From: Diplonema japonicum
Lineage: Eukaryota; Protista; Euglenozoa: Diplonemea
DNA: 64,000 nt
Assembly: GCA_964019335.1 (NCBI GenBank)
Contig: OZ025651.1
Coordinates: 372,001-436,000, forward strand
Direction of reading: 5' to 3'
The position numbers and the translations under genes were made by a program. Of this stretch, positions 33,906 to 44,450 are shown one piece after another; within the stretch, counting starts at the first letter, position 1, and each line of letters opens with the position of its first letter. The notes below the pieces were generated by a model that saw only the letters and a program-made list of their open reading frames with translations, was not told where the DNA came from and ran no database searches.

Positions 33906-36900
33906 TTAATACCAATGCATAGCAGGCACATTTGTTTCAATATCCTGTAATAATAATAATAATAAAAAAAAAAATACCATCCCCGTTTTTCTTTTCCCTT
34001 TTCCATACCATTGGTAAGCTGCCTAGGGTGTATGCCGGGTCTTCGTGGGGAAGCACACGGGGTGTTTCACCGTTCCAAGTTTTAAACAATGCGAGCGCAG
34101 CACCCAAGGGAACATCAAGAGGGATATACTCACAAATGCTAACAAGAGCAGCGGTATCTGTAGAGGTCGAGGCTAGGTGGACGGCATCTGACAGCCCACT
34201 GGGCTTGAAAATGGTGTCGGCATCTGCTACAGTGTACCAGGTATTGCTTTTTCGTAAAGCTGCAACATCCACCTCGTGTATGCTTAAAAGGTCAGTGGTG
34301 TTGGATGTGCGAAGCTTAAGCAAGAGTCTGTGATAGCTTGACAGAGATGGGTCATGGACCGCACATGGTATGCCAGGTGCTTCAGCAAGAAGCATTTTAG
34401 TACCGAGCTTTTCGCACAAGGTGCACAGCCCTAACGCGAGATTCAAGGCGGTACCAAGGACGCTCTTGAACCTTTTTGTCTCGCTCCCTACTCTTCCGTG
34501 GAGCAGCTGCCCTGTGACCATCCCGATCTTGAGGCTCTGCCTCGAGCCAGATTCCTTGTAAACCCGTGCTGTAAACAGAATAGCTTGCAATGGATGATCC
34601 GTGCATTTTTTCGCCGCATTCCACGCCACATCAATACGAACCCCATTTACCTGTATCAATGTCGCCTTGCATCTGTCAACAGCATCTTCTAATATGTACG
34701 ATATGGTAGTCAAATGGTCGAACATGGTGTTGTCCTCCGACGGGAGCATTTCGAACGACGCCACGGTGCCGATGCAAGGGATCAGCTTTGTTCCAAACTC
34801 CGCTTTTGTTTTCGCGGAGACCGCTTTGGACGCGGAGATCGAGGACCCACCCCCTGAGGTTCTGCTGGCGATCGTCGCTTCCAGATCTTTAACCTTCGCC
34901 TGCTTCTCTTTCCATGCTTTTGTTTGAAGGTACGCCTCATTGCTGCGGCCTTTTAAGTCTTTCTGATACACCGCTACAAGATTCACCGTTCCGAATTCTT
35001 GCAGATCCTGTGAAGGGAACGGAATCTGTTCGCAGCCTTCCAGAACGTCGCGGTTGCATTCTTTTACATTGTCTGCCAGTGTCAGTACCATACCCCCGCA
35101 AGCGAGGGATTCTATAGCGGCTGCTTTCATGACTGTTGCACCGAAATACTCGACACGGTGGGTTAAAGGGTTTTTTTCCCATGCGACGGGTCCTGAGGCG
35201 ACTGCCATGCGTACGCGTAGGCCGCGCCAAATTAAATTCTCCGAGGAGAGTTTCTCGCTGCACAGCTCGATGTCCATCAGCTCGTCCATCCAGTCCTCGC
35301 GGATGAGAGAGCGCTGCACCTCGAAGCAAAAGCTCATCGCGTCCTCGAACGTCGGGAACGCGATCATAAATGCGTCCCCGATCGTCTTCACCTCGTACCC
35401 ATTGAAGTCGAGCATCTTTCTTCTAAACAGATTGTTGTGTTTAGCAAGCGCATCGCTCATCGCGTGCGGGTTTGTGTTCCACAGGAAAGTTGATTTCTGG
35501 ATATCGGTGAACACGATGGTGACGCAGTCTGTTTGCGGCGGTGGGATGTTCGACTGTATTTCGACTTCCTCCGTGATCGCCACTGCACGGACACCGTCGG
35601 GGAGGTATTTCATGTACTCGGAAAGCCTATCTGTGAGGTAGAACAGCGCATCGGAAAGCTTGTTGAACTCGAAGATGACGGAGCGTGTCTCCTTGATGCT
35701 CTCAAAACGAAGTTGCGTCGCCATGCTGATGGCGGACGTTAAGGGACGAACCGCGGAGCTCACCGTTAACCACAACGCACCTGATAGAAACAGCGAGAAT
35801 ATTCCCACACAAAGCCCTACAATGAGGAATTGCATTTTCGTTTCATCAGCTTCCTTTTGAAACTCCCTCAACGGCGCCATTAGTACAATCAAAATCGGCG
35901 GGAGTTCTGAACCGCAGCCAGACCCTCCTAGCACCATCCAACCCACTGAAAACATCTCGCTTCCATCTGACCATGTGCGGTACTGGGGTATTCCAATGTT
36001 TGATCCAGATAAATCGATTTCCTTCAAGAAACTTGTGACGTGGGGGTCTGCGTTGTTCTCCGTGAAATGGTCCATGTCACGCGAATTCGCAGGATGGGAA
36101 AAGAAGGCGAATCGTTTATCTCCGAACGCTTTCTGCGGGTGGTACAGCATAGCATACACGCTTCCTGTGTCGCCAACCTTCAATTCATTGAGCTGTTCGA
36201 TCAGTTCAGTTGCATCAACTACAGTCTGTATGGACCCAACTATCGCACCGTCTACGTTGTTTATCAACTCGTGATACGCGACGAGAAGCCCCTTCTTTTC
36301 ACGATGGCCGTGATCGTGAACAACCCAACATGTCGATTCGTTTGACAGCACGTAGTCTGTCCAGTAATCGGAATTTCTGATATCGTTGGAAGGGTCCAAG
36401 GGTCGAGTAACATTGTGCACTAGTTGGAATTGTTTTGTCAGGATGTACTTCGAAAGATTAGACGCTTTCTGTACCACATTAATCTCGACTGGGTAGATGT
36501 TCTCAATGTCTGTCTCTAAGTGTCGTAAAATCACCGCGTCACCATTGTCTGTGGCGATCAAGATCTCATATATGATATCGGTTGAGATAATATGAGCAGA
36601 GTGGTATGCACCCCAATACTCGAGCTGTTCAGGGGGTATTCCCATCTGCCCGTAGAGGGAGCTTGATGTTACTTTCACATTCATCATCAGTGCGTTCGAT
36701 ACGAATTTTGTTTTCTGCATTATCGTTTCGGTCATGCATGCGCTTGAGTTCACCATTTTTTCCACCACTGCCCTCGCCATGTCCTTCCCCAAGTGGTCGA
36801 GGGCAGCGTAGCCTACTGCTGCTAAGGAAGATCCCAAGACTACAACCAACGCCAGACATGTAAGGAATATAATGCTCCCCAATGGGAGTCTTAAGCTGGA

Positions 36901-36906
36901 AGACAT
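33906..36906 (-). CDS. Receptor-type class III adenylate/guanylate cyclase-like protein with a second degenerate cyclase domain (intron 33945-34008)
   Basis: Two TM helices around an extracellular domain; IVFTDIQKSTFLW, YEVKTIGDAFM, GLRVRMAV; second domain LKIGMVTG..GRVG; terminal exon DIETNVPAMHWY*. Confidence 0.85.
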
Positions 36907-37154
36907 TGGGTTTTTTTTTTTTTTTTTTTTTTTTCTTTTTTTTGTCGCAGTGCCCTCCCTTCCCCCGTCTTGCTTGTTCGTGAATTATTACGGAAAGGGA
37001 TATAAAAAAAAATAATATTTGGGGAATAATAAAGAAAAAAGATATTCTCTTTTTTTTTTTTTCTTGTTCGGTAATCTATCTACAATATCATGGGGATGAA
37101 ATGGGGGGGTATATAAAAAAGGAGAAATGAAGAAACTGAGAACAAAAAGAGGGG

Positions 37155-37188
<34 letters not shown>

Positions 37189-37344
37189 GGTTCGTCTTTT
37201 TTTTTTTTTTTCTTTCTCTTTTCTTTCTTCTCGTTGTTCTCAGGATCAAAAAAAAAGGGAATAACAAATAAAAATCAATATTTTTTTTTTTTCATTTTAT
37301 TTTCTCTTACCGCTAAGAAGCACTATTGTTTGCGACAAGGCCGC

Positions 37345-37401
<57 letters not shown>

Positions 37402-37448
37402 AATAGTGGAAACACATAGCTAGTATTAATGATTTCTATTAAAATTAA

Positions 37449-38885
37449 CCCTAAAGGCCCGGAGCCTATCTACGGTACCCCCCCATTTCGTTGTTGCTTT
37501 GAATACTCAAAAAAAGGGCAGCATGCAACCATAGGAAGGTGCAAGGAAAGGGTAAACGGTACTAAAATTTTCAATTCCAGGTGCCAGATTCAGATGAGAA
37601 CACTTAACTATGTGGTAAGAGGGGGGTTGAGGGGGTACTTTTTATGTCCGATTTTGGGGGGTCTTGTCGTGGGGGGTCCGTGGAGTTATGGCTGGGCTAA
37701 AAAGGGCAGCATTCAGCCCTATTTGGTGCCCTGAACTCTAGGATTGAGGTCAGTCTGGAGACTTTTTGGGGCTGTGGGATGAAAAAAGCAACTTGTGTGA
37801 AGCTCGGGAAGCCATAATTTTTGCCACATTCCCTGCTCTTCTTCCAGATTATGGAGGAGTTGCCAATAAAAAACGACCATGGTCCACTTCCGGGTTTTCA
37901 TATGCCGATCTCCAGTCCCCCGGAGCTGGTCTTGCCAGTCAGGGGTCGACAGCAAACCCTTAGGAGTCGACAGCACGCATGACTAGGTCCTGTGTTGTGG
38001 ACTTCTTGCTGAAAATGTTCAAATTCGCCATAACCGTTTGATGGGTCGCATGTAGCGATACCTTGATGCCCACCGAGTTGCTTTTTCGTGGCGCCATGAC
38101 TTTTATTGTTGTCGGGATAACACTGTCGTCAACAGACAACCACTTGCCAGGGTCCGCACAGTCCTACACCGGTTGACAATGATGTCAAGAAACCTGCGCA
38201 TGAGGTGCAGTTTCAGGCCTTCCAAATGTTTTCCAGGTTGTCAAAGGTGAGGTAGCGCTGTATGTCAACGAATCGGTTTGCTCATTTTCTTAAAAACCGG
38301 GATGGTTAAAGTAGAATTTGTTGTCCAGTAGCTCTTCATGTTCGGTGCCGAGCGTAAACCCATTAACAGGACCAACCCAAGCCAAATTTTGTACTCTGGG
38401 ATGGAAAGATTCAGATTCCGCTGTTTTTTTTGAATCGAAACGACCGTTCGTGGAAGAAACTATAAGCTCAAGGACCGCGTGTGCAAAGATTTAAAACACC
38501 CTCCTCATTGGCCGCTTCACCTAGAGGTGTCCTAAGCCCACCTTTTCACGGAAATGATATGTTTTGGGCCTTTGGGAGTATTTCTCCCACCCAAGCATCG
38601 TTTCTGGCCCCTCTTTGACCGCCTCATCGTCTTTTTCTTCTTTCTCTGACCAGTCGGGGGAGACTCACGTTTTCGCTGCTATTTTGACCATCTGATTTCA
38701 TTTTAAGCCAACCCTGCCGGTTTCAATTAAAACAAAACTTTTAACGCAAAATGTAGTTCCAAGACAAAATAAACTGCGCAACAATGCCATATTTTGAAGT
38801 CCAGGGGCCGTGTTCAAAAAAAAGTACTTAGCGAAAAAGCAAATTTTGAAATAAGGACAAAAACGTCCGCGCGGGCCTTTAGGGG
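37449..38885 (-). mobile_element. Decayed piggyBac-like DNA transposon
   Basis: TTAA on both sides (37445-37448, 38886-38889); 13-bp TIR CCCTAAAGGCCCG / CGGGCCTTTAGGG; frameshifted minus-strand transposase-like remnants (WLGLVLLMG, GKWLSVDDSVIP, PRKSNSVGIK). Confidence 0.8.
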
Positions 38886-38946
38886 TTAATGGGAAAAGGG
38901 TTACTACTGCGAAAGAAAAAGAGGAGGATAAAAGGGGAAAATAACA

Positions 38947-38983
<37 letters not shown>

Positions 38984-39074
38984 ACTGGCCGTTGTTTGTA
39001 CGTCCCCTTTTGTTTAGACAAGTCAAAGACTCGTTCTTGCAAAAAAAAAAAAAAAAAGAAAGAGCCACGCACCC

Positions 39075-40462
39075 TCACCCAAGCAAGCCTCCAAAAACAG
39101 GTAGGGGATCAGAGTGCACCACAGGCTGAGGCACCACCACCGCTGGCAACTGTTGCTGCATGGGTTCGGAGAAATCATGGCTGTGTGTACATTTTTTTTT
39201 CCTCCCCCCCTCGGGCCATACCTAAAGTACATGTCATGATCTGGGTCCTGTGCCATCGGGCAGTTGGGAATTCTGCAGCAGTGCCGGTAGGTTGTGTAAT
39301 GATACTCTTTATTTATATCGAAACAGTTGCCTTCCATTGGGCACCACGGGAGGGACGCAGCCTGCATCACCTGAGGGTCTTTTGGGGTATGGGACGGCGT
39401 GCACTTAGCAAGCCCAAGATCAACCCGTTGGAAGGCAGATGGGGGTACAGATGGAAGCGGGCTCGGGGTACTTATAGTGCGTGGTGGGTTATGCGGAATC
39501 GCCTCAGGAGCGGGGTTCACCACCTTCCACCCACCACCAGAGAGAAAAGATGTTTGATTATTCTCACCACCAGCGTATTCAGTAGTCTCTCCATCACCCT
39601 CATCCACCATGTACCCCTCTTCCTCTTCTTCTTCTTCCTCTTCTTCTTCCTCATATTCGTATTCACCTTCGACGCCTGGAAGCAACAAAGGCGATGATAC
39701 CGCTAAGCTTTCTTCGACTACTTCTCCTTTACTCCTTGCAGGGCTTGGTATTATAGGGACTTCTCGAGTTTTAACCTCGGGTGGTGGCGGCGGGGTGGGT
39801 TGTTTTATTTCTTTTTCTTCTTCTTCTTCTTCTTCTTCGTCTTCCGGTGACATAATCAATTTTTTACCGGCGTTTGCGGATAGTGAACGCGGTGTTTGCG
39901 GGTCGATTTTTCGAATTGTCAAGCTGTACTCCTCACCGGGGATGTATTCTTCAAACGATTTGAATCCTGATTCGTCGGCAGTCTTCGTAAGGTCGAGTGG
40001 TTCGCTGGGGTTCTCGTCAAAGAACAGTGCACGGTCTACAAGGGTGATGTTAGCAAGTTTTGGGTGGGAAAGAATGGTGACTAAAGGTTTTTGCGGGAGA
40101 AGTCTGACACAGACGTCCTTCTGTCTCCCTTCTACTTTTACAACGAAATAAACTCTGTTTCTACCGGGTTTCCCTTCTCCGCCGCCGCCGTCATCGTCCA
40201 CCACAACTCTTACCTTTTTTATTATTTTCTCCGTTCCCGCTTGGCTTAAAGGTGTTTCCCTTGGGCTCTCTGGTGTTCCCGGACGTTCTTCGATCACTGT
40301 GCTCCCCATTTCCTCGTCGGGTTCTGCACGGGCGGACTCTCTTCCCTTCGCTCTCTCCACAGCTTCACGGTATTTCATCCACAAGCAGGCCATCCATACA
40401 AGCGAACAACACGTGACACAGCTTAAGATTATAAACAGCAGCCATGGCAGATCTACGAGCAT
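39075..40462 (-). CDS. N-terminally membrane-anchored protein with acidic low-complexity region and tandem PBZ-like zinc fingers (intron 39181-39221)
   Basis: TM at N-terminus; CPMEGNCFDINKEYHYTTYRH and CRIPNCPMAQDPDHDMYFS|H, whose final His appears only after splicing. Confidence 0.65.
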
Positions 40463-40693
40463 TTTCTTTTTTTTCTTCTTTTTTTTTTATCTCAATGTAC
40501 CCCCATCAGAGGGAGGAGGAGTCACTTTTTTTTTTTTTTCTTTTTTTTTTTCTTGGAAAGAAAAAAACCACAAAAAAAAAACTAATAATAATAATAATAA
40601 ATATAAGAATATATAAAGTGTGTAAAAAAAAATAGTTATAAGCTTTTTATTTAAAAAAAAAGAAATTTCTCTTTTTTTTTTTTTTTTTTTTTT

Positions 40694-41011
40694 CAGGTGG
40701 TGGGGATAACATGGAAATATAAAGAAGTACATCAGATGTGTTGTTCGCTGTTGACCTCCCCGTCGGTCATCACCGGTAGCGCCCAAGTGGAAGAAGCAGA
40801 TGCTCTGGGTGGCGAACAGGCAGCAAACTACACGGGCTCAGAATCTTGGTTACCCGGGGCGCCCCGGCTGGGATTGAGCTGCACACCGCATGCATTAAGG
40901 ACACGACGCGGAACGCAGAAGAAGCTACAGCTAGGCCGAGGTGCGCCCCCTGTAATCAAGTAAATGGTGCTTGTGCAGGGTGCCCCCACCGGCTACCTTC
41001 AAATCATCGAG
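40694..41011 (+). mobile_element. SINE-like repeat, copy 2 (opposite orientation)
   Basis: T-tract, then CAGGTGGTGGGGATAAC...AAATCATCGAG, then T15; homologous to 15230-15556 and 62294-62577. Confidence 0.85.
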
Positions 41012-41024
41012 TTTTTTTTTTTTT

Positions 41025-41864
41025 TTAAAACCAGCATTTCTTATCCGTTCGAACCCACACAATTTCGTACCAGCTCCGAACCAAGTCCCGCGACGGATGG
41101 TGGATAAAAGGCTCCTTTTTGAAGTATTTCTTGAACAGGGTGTTCGGCGGTGAGCAAGGCTGCCATTTCATTGGACACGGGTGGCCCTCTCTGTAAATCG
41201 GACAAAACGAGTACTGGCGCATCAATGAAACGAAAGAATTAAAATGAACGGGCTCGAAGGGGTCTTCAAAATGTAGCTCGATGGCGATTTGCGAAACGGA
41301 GTTGAGGAGGTCGGTGGTGGGGGCACCGATGGTTTTAAGATGGTGAAATGCCTGCCATTCACAGCCTTCACAGTCAATTTTCAGGACGTCAATCGTCCTA
41401 TTGGTATTGTTCGAGATCGATAGAATTCCTGGCAAGGTGTCCATTTGAGGGGATGTTTTGTTTTTTAATCCGTTTAAGCCGATTTTCCAAAATTCTAAAT
41501 TATCGGCTAATACAGTTTTCCCCTCTGGTGCGAAGGATACATATGGGTCGAAGGCAGCCACGCGGCACCCGTGTTTTCTCGCCATGTGGAAGTCGAACTT
41601 CATGTGGCTCAGTTTCCGTGCCCCCACTGCCACAACGCTGCAGTTTCCCTTGCCCCGAAGGTTGTCCATGCAAACGAGTTTAGGGTACAGCTTCCCCCCC
41701 ACTTTGCTCGAATGCTGGCACACCCCTTTGCTTCCCTCTTCTATGTCGCCCAACAACAAGCTTCGAATATCTGATATCGCTTTCCTTTCCACCATCGACA
41801 CCGTTTCATTGGTTGTGATGGCTGCCGTGTAAATGACAATGAGCAGCAGTGCGTGGATGTGCAT
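41025..41864 (-). CDS. Secretory-pathway methyltransferase (Methyltransf_22/METTL24-like)
   Basis: Signal anchor; VVAVGA, GCRVAAFDP, IDVLKIDCEGCEW, QIAIELHF. Confidence 0.8.
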   Translation of the reverse strand: MHIHALLLIVIYTAAITTNETVSMVERKAISDIRSLLLGDIEEGSKGVCQHSSKVGGKLYPKLVCMDNLRGKGNCSVVAVGARKLSHMKFDFHMARKHGCRVAAFDPYVSFAPEGKTVLADNLEFWKIGLNGLKNKTSPQMDTLPGILSISNNTNRTIDVLKIDCEGCEWQAFHHLKTIGAPTTDLLNSVSQIAIELHFEDPFEPVHFNSFVSLMRQYSFCPIYREGHPCPMKWQPCSPPNTLFKKYFKKEPFIHHPSRDLVRSWYEIVWVRTDKKCWF

Positions 41865-42964
41865 TTTTTTTTTTTGACCTACACGAGGGTTAGAATAGTA
41901 CTGGCAGAATATTGAGGGAAAAAAAAAAAGACAATAAAAAAGTTTTTTTTTTCTCTTTTTCTCGCTCCCATTTTTTTGTTTTTGTTTTGTTTTCCCCCCA
42001 TTCGCAACTAAAGGAGAGAGAGAGAAAAATGGGGGGGGGGGGGGGGGGGGCGGAGGAAGTGGGAGAGAGACAGAATAACAATAAAAACAGAGAAAAAAGA
42101 GGAAAATAAAAACAAACAAAAAAACAGAAAAATGGGACAAACTAGAGGTTTGCAAAAAAAAAAAATAATATAGAAGGGTAACAAAGAACAGAGAAACAGA
42201 AGGAGGAAAAAAAAAAAAACTGCAAAAGGATTGGTTGGCTACCCGGAGAAAACAATAAACGGGGGGGGGGGGGGGGGGGCAGTGGAAATACAGGCTGAAA
42301 CGTATTTTTTTTTTTCTTCCTTCCGCTCAAACGTGCACTCCTTTCACTGAAGCAAATTGGAAGAACTGAAATGAGAAAAGAAAAAAAAAAGAGGAGAAAA
42401 ATAGAATAAACTGCACATTAATTCTCCACATGGTTAGGGGAAGGGGCGTTCTTTCTCATTTCTTTTTCTTCTGTGTTGTTTTCTTTTCTGAAGACAAAAC
42501 ACACGTGTAAAATAAGACTATTTTTTTACGTGGACAGGGAAGAGGGGGTGGGTTTAGACCCCCTCTTTTTCTTTCTATAGAATCTTCCAAGCAGTTACCA
42601 TGTATGTGTTCATATTTATTTTTTTATTTATTTTTTTTTTATATTATTTTTTTTTTTTTTTTACATTGTTCGAAGCTCTACTGTTCTGTCATTATTTTAA
42701 CAAAAAAAAAATGGGGCTTTGATTGCAACACCAAGTGGCGTTAAGTGTGCAACGAAGCATGAACTGTCTACTAAAAAAGAAATCAGAAGAAAAAAAAAAT
42801 GTTCGATCCTTTGAACTCTTTTCTTTTCTTCTTGACAGGAAAAAAAAATACAACTTTTTTTTTTTTTTTTTTTTTTTTTTTGAATCCTCCCGACATACGG
42901 CACAACGGAAAATAACAATAATGGGAGGTGCTCGCTGCAAAATAAGGAAAACACGGTTGAATTG

Positions 42965-42998
<34 letters not shown>

Positions 42999-43113
42999 AA
43001 ACAGGAGGAAAGAAGAAATTAGACAATATACACACACTAAGGAAGAGGGCGACATCAATCTTTCTTCTTCTTATTATTATTATTTTTTTTTTTAATTTTT
43101 TAAATTCTTTGTT

Positions 43114-43837
43114 TCACTGATACTGGTCAGGCTCATGCACCTCACCACCATAATGATCGGTAAACGCACCCGCGTCTCGCTCTTCTTCTTGTCTCTTTTT
43201 TTTTTTTTTTTTTTTTTTTTAATTTCCTTCCACATACATCGTAAAATTCCTTTTCCTGCTTACTTCTGCTCCTCATTCTCGAAATTGCAAAAACACTAGC
43301 AGCCATCGCCATGCAAAAAACCAGCCCCACTGCGATCCACTGTGTCGGGGAAGGCAGATCGTCATCTGACGAGTCAGGTGACATAGGGGTGACGATAGTA
43401 CCAGAGTTAGTAGAATTGTAGGTAGCTGAGACGAGGGCACCAATCGCTGGGCCTGCCGTCGTGTTGAGAATGTTGATGAGGTCATCTTCAGTACCTGTGG
43501 TGGCCACAGAAAGCCTCATATCGTATCGAATGTCCTCAAGGAAGACCGCGCCACGCGCCAGGGAGCTCCCGTTGCAGCTGTGACACACCACAAAATCCCA
43601 CGGTTGCGATTCTATACTCCGCGTGAACTGGCACAGGCCACTGCAGCTCACACTAGACTGTGCTGCAAGCTCGTCCGTGAAAACCTTTTCAATGGCCGCC
43701 CAATTGTCCCAAAACCCCGCCAGGCTGCCACCTATAAACACCATTTCCACCGGGTACAGATTAGTTGGGCTAGGGGCTGCACCCAACCCCACTCCTAAAA
43801 CCGACAGGAAAACCAGAATTCGGTGGAGTTTGCTCAT
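43114..43837 (-). CDS. Type I membrane protein, hypothetical (intron 43195-43237)
   Basis: Signal peptide, TM (WIAVGLVFCMAMAASVFAI), spliced tail KEFYD|RQEEERD..QYQ*. Confidence 0.65.
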
Positions 43838-44171
43838 TTTTTTTTTTTTTTAAAGTTTTCTTTTCTGCCCCCTCCTCCCCTTTCCCGCCTGTAAATAATG
43901 GTAATGAAATGTGTACAAGATAGGTAGAACTGAACGGGGAAACAAAGAGAGAGAAAAAAAAAAGGGGGAGGGGAAATTATAATCATGTACCAAATTTGGA
44001 CTTAATATTCAAACGGGGAAAAGTTCCATAATTTTATCTATTCGAAATACCAATTTTCATTTCCCATACTTAGTCCGAACTGGTACCATTAAAAAAAAAA
44101 AGAAGAAAAAAAAGAGAAAAAAAAAACACCAACACTTAAAAGCGTTACTTGAGGAAAACCGCTGCACCGAA

Positions 44172-44208
<37 letters not shown>

Positions 44209-44450
44209 AATGCTCGCAAACGCTGCTCTGACACAAAGTTTTGAGCGTTCAGGGGATTCTGACTTTGTTCATTATTTTCAGAACAACAAAAAAAGGGGTG
44301 GATTCGGTCCTTTATGGGTTATACAAATAAAAGAAAATCGAACTATTAAGGTGTTCCCACCCCGTCAAGGGACAAAAAAAAAAAAAAAAAAAAAAAAAAA
44401 CTCGATAAAATTTCAGTGTGCATGGGGGTGCTCACTGTTCAGGTAGAAAT

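Noticed and set aside
40697-40963. 88-aa ORF shared by SINE copies 1 and 2 (frame-preserving indel)
   Set aside because: GTG start, disrupted in copy 3, no recognisable domain; explained by repeat homology.
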